Of a stretch of DNA of 64,000 bases, positions 25,201 to 40,348 are shown piece after piece. The stretch is from Laetmonice hystrix (Eukaryota), in NCBI GenBank assembly GCA_965235115.1, contig OZ249436.1:24864001-24928000 (forward strand), in the 5' to 3' direction. Within the stretch, counting starts at the first letter, position 1. Each line of letters opens with the position of its first letter. The notes beneath the pieces were generated by a model that was not told the DNA's origin, did not search any database, and worked only from the letters and a program-made list of their open reading frames with translations. Both the position numbers and the translations under genes were made by a program.

Positions 25201-28200
25201 TAGCTTGCTGCTTGTCGTAAAAAATGGTGCAGACCATTTCTAAAGTCACAGTACCCCACTCCCGGCCTAATATTACGTTTCAGTATCCATATACGCTGCA
25301 AGCGGCAGGAACTCGAATACAGGCCTAAAAGTAACCCCAGTCTAGCAATATCATACTCCCATGCCATATACGAGCTTGTAATTATCTTTAATTAATGGGC
25401 TCCGCAGCACCAACCCACTGCATTAACATTTGTTTAACAGCTTAACGCACCTTGTAAAATTTGTTCAAGTGCGTAAAAATGCGTGTCCACCTCCACATAC
25501 TTTAAAAATCACTATACCCACCCAGCGACATCCACTCTAATACACGCCTAAAAGGAACTTCACTGTCCCATTTGATTCTCCAGCACGTATAGGATGTTTC
25601 AAGTAACATTCATCCACGGTCTGGCCCAATAACGTGCAACAAGGCATAGTAAGTCAATGCGAGCTCGCATGTCAAACCTAACCCGCCCCCAAGCACATGA
25701 GCTGAAAATATTCAAATAGCTTGAAAACTAGAATATAGCTTTGCTTAATACCATTATACCATCAACTCGCATTACAGGCCTAATGCGAAGCTCCCAGCCT
25801 AAAACGAGTTTCCAATTAATTTAAAGTTAACAAGATGCACTAATAATCGATTCCAAGCCTAATTAGGCCATTGCTAGTTGGATAACCAAATCTCATACAA
25901 AATACACCCTCCCGGCAGATGACCTGAGAATATTCAACTCTTATGTCCGATATATCCCTGTCCGCTTAGTAGCACCCAGCCGGGCCCCCATTTTGACATT
26001 GCAACACCAATACAGCAAGTGCCCAGCTAACAGCACAAATAACAGGATTCAGGGCTTCCTACCACGTTACAAGTCACAATAGATTGCTGCCTGTCGTAAA
26101 AATATACCAGACCATTTTAAAAAGTCACAGAACCCCAATCCGGCCCTAATATGTCACTCCCAGTACCAATAGACGCTGGAAGCACCATCAACTGAAATTC
26201 AGGCCTAGAACCCACCTCTCTCTACCAATATCATGCACCTAGTCCGTATACGAGGTTGTAATTTACTTTAATCAACGGGCTGCGCCGCAGCAACCCACTC
26301 TGGTCTTTGCAATCTTTTTCAATATGCGTTAACATTTGTGACCAGCTCAACGCGCCTTGTAAAATTTTTCAAAGTGCGTAAAAGTGTCTGTCCACCCCGA
26401 CACGCTTTCCAAACCACTATACCCACCGAGCGACATCCACTCAAATACAGGCTTCGACCGATCCTCACTGTGCCAATAATCCGCCACAAGGCAAATTCAG
26501 TCAATGCAAGCTGGAAAATCGAATGTCAAACCTAATGCTCCCCCCCCCCAGCACGTTAACTGAAAAAAATCAACTAGCTTGAAAACTAGAATATAGCTTT
26601 GTTTAGCTAACAATCTACTCTCCCAGCGCCATCAACTCGCATACAGGCGTAAAAGCAAACGCACTGCCCCATATAATGCTCCCAGCCTAAGACGATGTTG
26701 CAATTAATTTAAGATTAACAAGATGCACTAGTAATCCGATCCAAGCCTAATTACGTCATTGCTAGTTTCATAACCAAATCTCACAGAAAATACCCCACCC
26801 GCGCACATAACCTGAAAATATTTAACTTTTATCTCCAATGTATCCCTGTGCACCTAGTAGCACACAAGCGGGCCCAATTTTGACATCCCAACACAAATAC
26901 CGCAAATACCCGCCTAATGGCACAAAAAACTTTCTACCCCGTTGCAAGTCACATTAGCGTGCTGCTTGTCGTAAAAAATGGTGCAGACCATTTCTAAAGT
27001 CACAGTACCCCACTCCCGGCCTAATATTACGTTTCAGTATCCATATACGCTGCAAGCGGCAGGAACTCGAATACAGGCCTAAAAGTAACCTCAGTCTAGC
27101 AATATCATACTCCCATGCCATATACGAGCTTGTAATTATCTTTAATTAATGGGCTCCGCAGCACCAACCCACTGCATTAACATTTGTTTAACAGCTTAAC
27201 GCACCTTGTAAAATTTTTTCAAGTGCGTAAAAATGCGTGTCCACCTCCACATACTTTAAAAATCACTATACCCACCCAGCGACATCCACTCTAATACACG
27301 CCTAAAAGGAACTTCACTGTCCCATTTGATTCTCCAGCACGTATAGGATGTTTCAAGTAACATTCATCCACGGTCTGGCCCAATAACGTGCAGCAAGGCA
27401 TAGTAAGTCAATGCGAGCTCGCATGTCAAACCTAACCCGCCCCCAAGCACATGAGCTGAAAATATTCAAATAGCTTGAAAACTAGAATATAGCTTTGCTT
27501 AATACCATTATACCATCAACTCGCATTACAGGCCTAATGCGAAGCTCCCAGCCTAAAACGAGTTTCCAATTAATTTAAAGTTAACAAGATGCACTAATAA
27601 TCGATTCCAAGCCTAATTAGGCCATTGCTAGTTGGATAACCAAATCTCATACAAAATACACCCTCCCGGCAGATGACCTGAGAATATTCAACTCTTATGT
27701 CCGATATATCCCTGTCCGCTTAGTAGCACCCAGCCGGGCCCCCATTTTGACATTGCAACACCAATACAGCAAGTGCCCAGCTAACAGCACAAATAACAGG
27801 ATTCAGGGCTTCCTACCACGTTACAAGTCACAATAGATTGCTGCCTGTCGTAAAAATATACCAGACCATTTTAAAAAGTCACAGAACCCCAATCCGGCCC
27901 TAATATGTCACTCCCAGTACCAATACACGCTGGAAGCACCATCAACTGAAATTCAGGCCTAGAACCCACCTCTCTCTACCAATATCATGCACCTAGTCCG
28001 TATACGAGGTTGTAATTTACTTTAATCAACGGGCTGCGCCGCAGCAACCCACTCTGGTCTTTGCAATCTTTTTCAATATGCGTTAACATTTGTGACCAGC
28101 TCAACGCGCCTTGTAAAATTTTTCAAAGTGCGTAAAAGTGTGTGTCCACCCCGACACGCTTTCCAAACCACTATACCCACCGAGCGACATCCACTCAAAT

Positions 28201-31200
28201 ACAGGCTTCGACCGATCCTCACTGTGCCACTAATCCGCCACAAGGCAAATTCAGTCAATGCAAGCTGGAAAATCGAATGTCAAACCTAATGCTCCCCCCC
28301 CAGCACGTTAACTGAAAAAAATCAACTAGCTTGAAAACTAGAATATAGCTTTGTTTAGCTAACAATCTACTCTCCCAGCGCCATCAACTCGCATACAGGC
28401 GTAAAAGCAAACGCACTGCCCCATATAATGCTCCCAGCCTAAGACGATGTTGCAATTAATTTAAGATTAACAAGATGCACTAGTAATCCGATCCAAGCCT
28501 AATTACGTCATTGCTAGTTTCATAACCAAATCTCACAGAAAATACCCCACCCGCGCACATAACCTGAAAATATTCAACTTTTATCTCCAATGTATCCCTG
28601 TGCACCTAGTAGCACCCAAGCGGGCCCAATTTTGACATTCCAACACAAATACCGCAAATACCCGCCTAATGGCACAAAAAAACTTTCTACCCCGTTGCAA
28701 GTCACATTAGCTTGCTGCTTGTCGTAAAAAATGGTGCAGACCATTTCTAAAGTCACAGTACCCCACTCCCGGCCTAATATTACGTTTCAGTATCCATATA
28801 CGCTGCAAGCGGCAAGAACTCGAATACAGGCCTAAAAGTAACCCCAGTCTAGCAATATCATACTCTCATGCCATATACGAGCTTGTAATTATCTTTAATT
28901 AATGGGCTCCGCAGCACCAACCCACTGCATTAACATTTGTTTAACAGCTTGACGCACCTTGTAAAAAATTTTCAAGTGCGTAAAAATGCGTGTCCACCTC
29001 CACATACTTTAAAAATCACTATACCCACCCAGCGACATCCACTCTAATACACGCCTAAAAGGAACTTCACTGTCCCATTTGATTCTCCAGCACGTATAGG
29101 ATGTTTCAAGTAACATTCATCCACGGTCTGGCCCAATAACGTGCAGCAAGGCATAGTAAGTCAATGCGAGCTCGCATGTCAAACCTAACCCGCCCCCAAG
29201 CACATGAGCTGAAAATATTCAAATAGCTTGAAAACTAGAATATAGCTTTGCTTAATACCATTATACCATCAACTCGCATTACAGGCCTAATGCGAAGCTC
29301 CCAGCCTAAAACGAGTTTCCAATTAATTTAAAGTTAACAAGATGCACTAATAATCGATTCCAAGCCTAATTAGGCCATTGCTAGTTGGATAACCAAATCT
29401 CATACAAAATACACCCTCCCGGCAGATGACCTGAGAATATTCAACTCTTATGTCCGATATATCCCTGTCCGCTTAGTAGCACCCAGCCGGGCCCCCATTT
29501 TGACATTGCAACACCAATACAGCAAGTGCCCAGCTAACAGCACAAATAACAGGATTCAGGGCTTCCTACCACGTTACAAGTCACAATAGATTGCTGCCTG
29601 TCGTAAAAATATACCAGACCATTTTAAAAAGTCACAGAACCCCAATCCGGCCCTAATATGTCACTCCCAGTACCAATACACGCTGGAAGCACCATCAACT
29701 GAAATTCAGGCCTAGAACCCACCTCTCTCTACCAATATCATGCACCTAGTCCGTATACGAGGTTGTAATTTACTTTAATCAACGGGCTGCGCCGCAGCAA
29801 CCCACTCTGGTCTTTGCAATCTTTTTCAATATGCGTTAACATTTGTGACCAGCTCAACGCGCCTTGTAAAATTTTTCAAAGTGCGTAAAAGTGTGTGTCC
29901 ACCCCGACACGCTTTCCAAACCACTATACCCACCGAGCGACATCCACTCAAATACAGGCTTCGACCGATCCTCACTGTGCCAATAATCCGCCACAAGGCA
30001 AATTCAGTCAATGCAAGCTGGAAAATCGAATGTCAAACCTAATGCTCCCCCCCCCAGCACGTTAACTGAAAAAAATCAACTAGCTTGAAAACTAGAATAT
30101 AGCTTTGTTTAGCTAACAATCTACTCTCCCAGCGCCATCAACTCGCATACAGGCGTAAAAGCAAACGCACTGCCCCATATAATGCTCCCAGCCTAAGACG
30201 ATGTTGCAATTAATTTAAGATTAACAAGATGCACTAGTAATCCGATCCAAGCCTAATTACGTCATTGCTAGTTTCATAACCAAATCTCACAGAAAATACC
30301 CCACCCGCGCACATAACCTGAAAATATTCAACTTTTATCTCCAATGTATCCCTGTGCACCTAGTAGCACCCAAGCGGGCCCAATTTTGACATTCCAACAC
30401 AAATACCGCAAATACCCGCCTAATGGCACAAAAAAACTTTCTACCCCGTTGCAAGTCACATTAGCTTGCTGCTTGTCGTAAAAAATGGTGCAGACCATTT
30501 CTAAAGTCACAGTACCCCACTCCCGGCCTAATATTACGTTTCAGTATCCATATACGCTGCAAGCGGCAAGAACTCGAATACAGGCCTAAAAGTAACCCCA
30601 GTCTAGCAATATCATACTCTCATGCCATATACGAGCTTGTAATTATCTTTAATTAATGGGCTCCGCAGCACCAACCCACTGCATTAACATTTGTTTAACA
30701 GCTTGACGCACCTTGTAAAAAATTTTCAAGTGCGTAAAAATGCGTGTCCACCTCCACATACTTTAAAAATCACTATACCCACCCAGCGACATTCACTCTA
30801 ATACACGCCTAAGAGGAACTTCACTGTCCCATTTGATTCTCCAGCACGTATAGGATGTTTCAAGTAACATTCATCCACGGTCTGGCCCAATAACGTGCAA
30901 CAAGGCATAGTAAGTCAATGCGAGCTCGCATGTCAAACCTAACCCGCCCCCCAGCACATGAGCTGAAAATATTCAAATAGCTTGAAAACTAGAATATAGC
31001 TTTGCTTAATACCATTATACCATCAACTCGCATTACAGGCCTAATGCGAAGCTCCCAGCCTAAAACGAGTTTCCAATTAATTTAAAGTTAACAAGATGCA
31101 CTAATAATCGATTCCAAGCCTAATTAGGCCATTGCTAGTTGGATAACCAAATCTCATACAAAATACACCCTCCCGGCAGATGACCTGAGAATATTCAACT

Positions 31201-34200
31201 CTTATGTCCGATATATCCCTGTCCGCTTTGTAGCACCCAGCCGGGCCCCCATTTTGACATTGCAACACCAATACAGCAAGTGCCCAGCTAACAGCACAAA
31301 TAACAGGATTCAGGGCTTCCTACCACGTTACAAGTCACAATAGATTGCTGCCTGTCGTAAAAATATACCAGACCATTTTAAAAAGTCACAGAACCCCAAT
31401 CCGGCCCTAATATGTCACTCCCAGTACCAATACACTCTGGAAGCACCATCAACTGAAATTCAGGCCTAGAACCCACCTCTCTCTACCAATATCATGCACC
31501 TAGTCCGTATACGAGGTTGTAATTTACTTTAATCAACGGGCTGCGCCGCAGCAACCCACTCTGGTCTTTGCAATCTTTTTCAATATGCGTTAACATTTGT
31601 AACCAGCTCAACGCGCCTTGTAAAATTTTTCAAAGTGCGTAAAAGTGTGTGTCCACCCCGACACGCTTTCCAAACCACTATACCCACCGAGCGACATCCA
31701 CTCAAATACAGGCTTCGACCGATCCTCACTGTGCCAATAATCCGCCACAAGGCAAATTCAGTCAATGCAAGCTGGAAAATCGAATGTCAAACCTAATACT
31801 CCCCCCCCCCAGCACGTTAACTGAAAATAATCAACTAGCTTGAAAACTAGAATATAGCTTTGTTTAGCTAACAATCTACTCTCCCAGCGCCATCAACTCG
31901 CATACAGGCGTAAAAGCAAACGCACTGCCCCATATAATGCTCCCAGCCTAAAACGATGTTGCAATTAATTTAAAATTAACAAGATGCACTAGTAATCCGA
32001 TCCAAGCTTAATTACGTCATTGCTAGTTTCATAACCAAATCTCACAGAAAATACCCCACCCGGGCACATAACCTGAAAATATTCAACTTTTATCTCCAAT
32101 GTATCCCTGTGCACCTAGTAGCACCCAAGCGGGCCCAATTTTGACATCCCAACACAAATACCGCAAATACCCGCCTAATGGCACAAAAAACTTTCTACCC
32201 CGTTGCAAGTCACATTAGCGTGCTGCTTGTCGTAAAAAATGGTGCAGACCATTTCTAAAGTCACAGTACCCCACTCCCGGCCTAATATTACGTTTCAGTA
32301 TCCATATACGCTGCAAGCGGCAGGAACTCGAATACAGGCCTAAAAGTAACCTCAGTCTAGCAATATCATACTCCCATGCCATATACGAGCTTGTAATTAT
32401 CTTTAATTAATGGGCTCCGCAGCACCAACCAACTGCATTAACATTTGTTTAACAGCTTAACACACCTTGTAAAATTTTTTCAAGTGCGTAAAAATGCGTG
32501 TCCACCTCCACATACTTTAAAAATCACTATACCCACCCAGCGACATCCACTCTAATACACGCCTAAAAGGAACTTCACTGTCCCATTTGATTCTCCAGCA
32601 CGTATAGGATGTTTCAAGTAACATTCATCCACGGTCTGGCCCAATAACGTGCAACAAGGCATAGTAAGTCAATGCGAGCTCGCATGTCAAACCTAACCCG
32701 CCCCCAAGCACATGAGCTGAAAATATTCAAATAGCTTGAAAACTAGAATATAGCTTTGCTTAATACCATTATACCATCAACTCGCATTACAGGCCTAATG
32801 CGAAGCTCCCAGCCTAAAACGAGTTTCCAATTAATTTAAAGTTAACAAGATGCACTAATAATCGATTCCAAGCCTAATTAGGCCATTGCTAGTTGGATAA
32901 CCAAATCTCATACAAAATACACCCTCCCGGCAGATGACCTGAGAATATTCAACTCTTATGTCCGATATATCCCTGTCCGCTTAGTAGCACCCAGCCGGGC
33001 CCCCATTTTGACATTGCAACACCAATACAGCAAGTGCCCAGCTAACAGCACAAATAACAGGATTCAGGGCTTCCTACCACGTTACAAGTCACAATAGATT
33101 GCTGCCTGTCGTAAAAATATACCAGACCATTTTAAAAAGTCACAGAACCCCAATCCGGCCCTAATATGTCACTCCCAGTACCAATAGACGCTGGAAGCAC
33201 CATCAACTGAAATTCAGGCCTAGAACCCACCTCTCTCTACCAATATCATGCACCTAGTCCGTATACGAGGTTGTAATTTCCTTTAATCAACGGGCTGCGC
33301 CGCAGCAACCCACTCTGGTCTTTGCAATCTTTTTCAATATGCGTTAACATTTGTGACCAGCTCAACGCGCCTTGTAAAATTTTTCAAAGTGCGTAAAAGT
33401 GTGTGTCCACCCCGACACGCTTTCCAAACCACTATACCCACCGAGCGACATCCACTCAAATACAGGCTTCGACCGATCCTCACTGTGCCAATAATCCGCC
33501 ACAAGGCAAATTCAGTCAATGCAAGCTGGAAAATCGAATGTCAAACCTAATGCTCCCCCCCCAGCACGTTAACTGAAAAAAATCAACTAGCTTGAAAACT
33601 AGAATATAGCTTTGTTTAGCTAACAATCTACTCTCCCAGCGCCATCAACTCGCATACAGGCGTAAAAGCAAACGCACTGCCCCATATAATGCTCCCAGCA
33701 TAAAACGATGTTGCAATTAATTTAAAATTAACAAGATGCACTAGTAATCCGATCCAAGCTTAATTACGTCATTGCTAGTTTCATAACCAAATCTCACAGA
33801 AAATACCCCACCCGGGCACATAACCTGAAAATATTCAACTTTTATCTCCAATGTATCCCTGTGCACCTAGTAGCACCCAAGCGGGCCCAATTTTGACATT
33901 CCAACACAAATACCGCAAATACCCGCCTAATGGCACAAAAAACTTTCTACCCCGTTGCAAGTCACATTAGCTTGCTGCTTGTCGTAAAAAATGGTGCAGA
34001 CCATTTCTAAAGTCACAGTACCCCACTCCCGGCCTAATATTACGTTTCAGTATCCATATACGCTGCAAGCGGCAGGAACTCGAATACAGGCCTAAAAGTA
34101 ACCCCAGTCTAGCAATATCATACTCTCATGCCATATACGAGCTTGTAATTATCTTTAATTAATGGGCTCCGCAGCACCAACCCACTGCATTAACATTTGT

Positions 34201-35082
34201 TTAACAGCTTAACGCACCTTGTAAAAAAATTTTCAAGTGCGTAAAAATGCGTGTCCACCTCCACATACTTTAAAAATCACTATACCCACCCAGCGACATT
34301 CACTCTAATACACGCCTAAGAGGAACTTCACTGTCCCATTTGATTCTCCAGCACGTATAGGATGTTTCAAGTAACATTTATCCACGGTCTGGCCCAATAA
34401 CGTGCAACAAGGCATAGTAAGTCAATGCGAGCTCGCATGTCAAACCTAACCCGCCCCCCAGCACATGAGCTGAAAATATTCAAATAGCTTGAAAACTAGA
34501 ATATAGCTTTGCTTAATACCATTATACCATCAACTCGCATTACAGGCCTAATGCGAAGCTCCCAGCCTAAAACGAGTTTCCAATTAATTTAAAGTTAACA
34601 AGATGCACTAATAATCGATTCCAAGCCTAATTAGGCCATTGCTAGTTGGATAACCAAATCTCATACAAAATACACCCTCCCGGCAGATGACCTGAGAATA
34701 TTCAACTCTTATGTCCGATATATCCCTGTCCGCTTAGTAGCACCCAGCCGGGCCCCCATTTTGACATTGCAACACCAATACAGCAAGTGCCCAGCTAACA
34801 GCACAAATAACAGGATTCAGGGCTTCCTACCACGTTACAAGTCACAATAGATTGCTGCCTGTCGTAAAAATATACCAGACCATTTTAAAAAGTCACAGAA
34901 CCCCAATCCGGCCCTAATATGTCACTCCCAGTACCAATACACGCTGGAAGCACCATCAACTGAAATTCAGGCCTAGAACCCACCTCTCTCTACCAATATC
35001 ATGCACCTAGTCCGTATACGAGGTTGTAATTTACTTTAATCAACGGGCTGCGCCGCAGCAACCCACTCTGGTCTTTGCAATC

Positions 35083-38000
35083 TTTTTCAATATGCGTTAA
35101 CATTTGTAACCAGCTCAACGCGCCTTGTAAAATTTTTCAAAGTGCGTAAAAGTGTGTGTCCATCCCGACACGCTTTCCAAACCACTATACCCACCGAGCG
35201 ACATCCACTCAAATACAGGCTTCGACCGATCCTCACTGTGCCAATAATCCGCCACAAGGCAAATTCAGTCAATGCAAGCTGGAAAATCGAATGTCAAACC
35301 TAATGCTCCCCCCCCCCCAGCACGTTAACTGAAAATAATCAACTAGCTTGAAAACTAGAATATAGCTTTGTTAAGCTAACAATCTACTCTCCCAGCGCCA
35401 TCAACTCGCATACAGGCGTAAAAGCAAACGCACTGCCCCATATAATGCTTCCAGCCTAAAACGATGTTGCAATTAATTTAAAATTAACAAGATGCACTAG
35501 TAATCCGATCCAAGCCTAATTACGTCATTGCTAGTTTCATAACCAAATCTCACAGAAAATACCCCACCCGCGCACATAACCTGAAAATATTCAACTTTTA
35601 TCTCCAATGTATCCCTGTGCACCTAGTAGCACCCAAGCGGGCCCAATTTTGACATTCCAACACAAATACCGCAAATACCCGCCTAATGGCACAAAAAACT
35701 TTCTACCCCGTTGCAAGTCACATTAGCTTGCTGCTTGTCGTAAAAAATGGTGCAGACCATTTCTAAAGTCACAGTACCCCACTCCCGGCCTAATATTACG
35801 TTTCAGTATCCATATACGCTGCAAGCGGCAGGAACTCGAATACAGGCCTAAAAGTAACCCCAGTCTAGCAATATCATACTCTCATGCCATATACGAGCTT
35901 GTAATTATCTTTAATTAATGGGCTCCGCAGCACCAACCCACTGCATTAACATTTGTTTAACAGCTTAACGCACCTTGTAAAAAATTTTCAAGTGCGTAAA
36001 AATGCGTGTCCACCTCCACATACTTTAAAAATCACTATACCCACCCAGCGACATTCACTCTAATACACGCCTAAGAGGAACTTCACTGTCCCATTTGATT
36101 CTCCAGCACGTATAGGATGTTTCAAGTAACATTTATCCACGGTCTGGCCCAATAACGTGCAACAAGGCATAGTAAGTCAATGCGACCTCGCATGTCAAAC
36201 CTAACCCGCCCCCCAGCACATGAGCTGGAGATATTCAAATAGCTTGAAAACTAGAATATAGCTTTGCTTAATACCATTATACCATCAACTCGCATTACAG
36301 GCCTAATGCGAAGCTCCCAGCCTAAAACGAGTTTCCAATTAATTTAAAGTTAACAAGATGCACTAATAATCGATTCCAAGCCTAATTAGGCCATTGCTAG
36401 TTGGATAACCAAATCTTATACAAAATACACCCTCCCGGCAGATGACCTGAGAATATTCAACTCTTATGTCCGATATATCCCTGTCCGCTTAGTAGCACCC
36501 AGCCGGGCCCCCATTTTGACATTGCAACACCAATACAGCAAGTGCCCAGCTAACAGCACAAATAACAGGATTCAGGGCTTCCTACCACGTTACAAGTCAC
36601 AATAGATTGCTGCCTGTCGTAAAAATATACCAGACCATTTTAAAAAGTCACAGAACCCCAATCCGGCCCTAATATGTCACTCCCAGTACCAATAGACGCT
36701 GGAAGCACCATCAACTGAAATTCAGGCCTAGAACCCACCTCTCTCTACCAATATCATGCACCTAGTCCGTATACGAGGTTGTAATTTACTTTAATCAACG
36801 GGCTGCGCCGCAGCAACCCACTCTGGTCTTTGCAATCTTTTTCAATATGCGTTAACATTTGTAACCAGCTCAACGCGCCTTGTAAAATTTTTCAAAGTGC
36901 GTAAAAGTGTGTGTCCATCCCGACACGCTTTCCAAACCACTATACCCACCGAGCGACATCCACTCAAATACAGGCTTCGACCGATCCTCACTGTGCCAAT
37001 AATCCGCCACAAGGCAAATTCAGTCAATGCAAGCTGGAAAATCGAATGTCAAACCTAATGCTCCCCCCCCCCCAGCACGTTAACTGAAAATAATCAACTA
37101 GCTTGAAAACTAGAATATAGCTTTGTTAAGCTAACAATCTACTCTCCCAGCGCCATCAACTCGCATACAGGCGTAAAAGCAAACGCACTGCCCCATATAA
37201 TGCTTCCAGCCTAAAACGATGTTGCAATTAATTTAAAATTAACAAGATGCACTAGTAATCCGATCCAAGCCTAATTACGTCATTGCTAGTTTCATAACCA
37301 AATCTCACAGAAAATACCCCACCCGCGCACATAACCTGAAAATATTCAACTTTTATCTCCAATGTATCCCTGTGCACCTAGTAGCACCCAAGCGGGCCCA
37401 ATTTTGACATTCCAACACAAATACCGCAAATACCCGCCTAATGGCACAAAAAACTTTCTACCCCGTTGCAAGTCACATTAGCTTGCTGCTTGTCGTAAAA
37501 AATGGTGCAGACCATTTCTAAAGTCACAGTACCCCACTCCCGGCCTAATATTACGTTTCAGTATCCATATACGCTGCAAGCGGCAGGAACTCGAATACAG
37601 GCCTAAAAGTAACCCCAGTCTAGCAATATCATACTCTCATGCCATATACGAGCTTGTAATTATCTTTAATTAATGGGCTCCGCAGCACCAACCCACTGCA
37701 TTAACATTTGTTTAACAGCTTAACGCACCTTGTAAAAAATTTTCAAGTGCGTAAAAATGCGTGTCCACCTCCACATACTTTAAAAATCACTATACCCACC
37801 CAGCGACATTCACTCTAATACACGCCTAAGAGGAACTTCACTGTCCCATTTGATTCTCCAGCACGTATAGGATGTTTCAAGTAACATTTATCCACGGTCT
37901 GGCCCAATAACGTGCAACAAGGCATAGTAAGTCAATGCGACCTCGCATGTCAAACCTAACCCGCCCCCCAGCACATGAGCTGGAGATATTCAAATAGCTT

Positions 38001-38592
38001 GAAAACTAGAATATAGCTTTGCTTAATACCATTATACCATCAACTCGCATTACAGGCCTAATGCGAAGCTCCCAGCCTAAAACGAGTTTCCAATTAATTT
38101 AAAGTTAACAAGATGCACTAATAATCGATTCCAAGCCTAATTAGGCCATTGCTAGTTGGATAACCAAATCTTATACAAAATACACCCTCCCGGCAGATGA
38201 CCTGAGAATATTCAACTCTTATGTCCGATATATCCCTGTCCGCTTAGTAGCACCCAGCCGGGCCCCCATTTTGACATTGCAACACCAATACAGCAAGTGC
38301 CCAGCTAACAGCACAAATAACAGGATTCAGGGCTTCCTACCACGTTACAAGTCACAATAGATTGCTGCCTGTCGTAAAAATATACCAGACCATTTTAAAA
38401 AGTCACAGAACCCCAATCCGGCCCTAATATGTCACTCCCAGTACCAATAGACGCTGGAAGCACCATCAACTGAAATTCAGGCCTAGAACCCACCTCTCTC
38501 TACCAATATCATGCACCTAGTCCGTATACGAGGTTGTAATTTACTTTAATCAACGGGCTGCGCCGCAGCAACCCACTCTGGTCTTTGCAATC
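35083..38592. repeat. Single-monomer tandem duplication (U21/U22, type B)
   Basis: Both units are 1,755 bp and share the variant AATCTTATA (T at 36416 and 38171), which I saw in no other unit. Confidence 0.85.
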
Positions 38593-40348
38593 TTTTTCAA
38601 TATGCGTTAACATTTGTGACCAGCTCAACGCGCCTTGTAAAATTTTTCAAAGTGCGTAAAAGTGTCTGTCCACCCCGACACGCTTTCCAAACCACTATAC
38701 CCACAGAGCGACATCCACTCAAATACAGGCTTCGACCGATCCTCACTGTGCCAATAATCCGCCACAAGGCAAATTCAGTCAATGCAAGCTGGAAAATCGA
38801 ATGTCAAACCTAATACTCCCCCCCCCCCCAGCACGTTAACTGAAAATAATCAACTAGCTTGAAAACTAGAATATAGCTTTGTTTAGCTAACAATCTACTC
38901 TCCCAGCGCCATCAACTCGCATACAGGCGTAAAAGCAAACGCACTGCCCCATATAATGCTCCCAGCCTAAAACGATGTTGCAATTAATTTAAAATTAACA
39001 AGATGCACTAGTAATCCGATCCAAGCTTAATTACGTCATTGCTAGTTTCATAATCAAATCTCACAGAAAATACCCTTCCCGGGCAGATAACCTGAAAATA
39101 TTCAACTTTTATCTCCAATGTATCCCTGTGCACCTAGTAGCACACAAGCGGGCCCAATTTTGACATTCCAAGACAAAAACCGCAAATACCCGCCTAATGG
39201 CACAGAAAACTTTCTACCCCGTTGCAAGTCACATTAGCTTGCTGCTTGTCGTAAAAAATGGTGCAGACCATTTCTAAAGTCACAGTACCCCACTCCCGGC
39301 CTAATATTACGTTTCAGTATCCATATACGCTGCAAGCGGCAGGAACTCGAATACAGGCCTAAAAGTAACCCCAGTCTAGCAATATCATACTCCCATGCCA
39401 TATACGAGCTTGTAATTATCTTTAATTAATGGGCTCCGCAGCACCAACCCACTGCATTAACATTTGTTTAACAGCTTAACGCACCTTGTAAAATTTGTTC
39501 AAGTGCGTAAAAATGCGTGTCCACCTCCACATACTTTAAAAATCACTATACCCACCCAGCGACATCCACTCTAATACACGCCTAAAAGGAACTTCACTGT
39601 CCCATTTGATTCTCCAGCACGTATAGGATGTTTCAAGTAACATTCATCCACGGTCTGGCCCAATAACGTGCAACAAGGCATAGTAAGTCAATGCGAGCTC
39701 GCATGTCAAACCTAACCCGCCCCCAAGCACATGAGCTGAAAATATTCAAATAGCTTGAAAACTAGAATATAGCTTTGCTTAATACCATTATACCATCAAC
39801 TCGCATTACAGGCCTAATGCGAAGCTCCCAGCCTAAAACGAGTTTCCAATTAATTTAAAGTTAACAAGATGCACTAATAATCGATTCCAAGCCTAATTAG
39901 GCCATTGCTAGTTGGATAACCAAATCTCATACAAAATACACCCTCCCGGCAGATGACCTGAGAATATTCAACTCTTATGTCCGATATATCCCTGTCCGCT
40001 TAGTAGCACCCAGCCGGGCCCCCATTTTGACATTGCAACACCAATACAGCAAGTGCCCAGCTAACAGCACAAATAACAGGATTCAGGGCTTCCTACCACG
40101 TTACAAGTCACAATAGATTGCTGCCTGTCGTAAAAATATACCAGACCATTTTAAAAAGTCACAGAACCCCAATCCGGCCCTAATATGTCACTCCCAGTAC
40201 CAATAGACGCTGGAAGCACCATCAACTGAAATTCAGGCCTAGAACCCACCTCTCTCTACCAATATCATGCACCTAGTCCGTATACGAGGTTGTAATTTAC
40301 TTTAATCAACGGGCTGCGCCGCAGCAACCCACTCTGGTCTTTGCAATC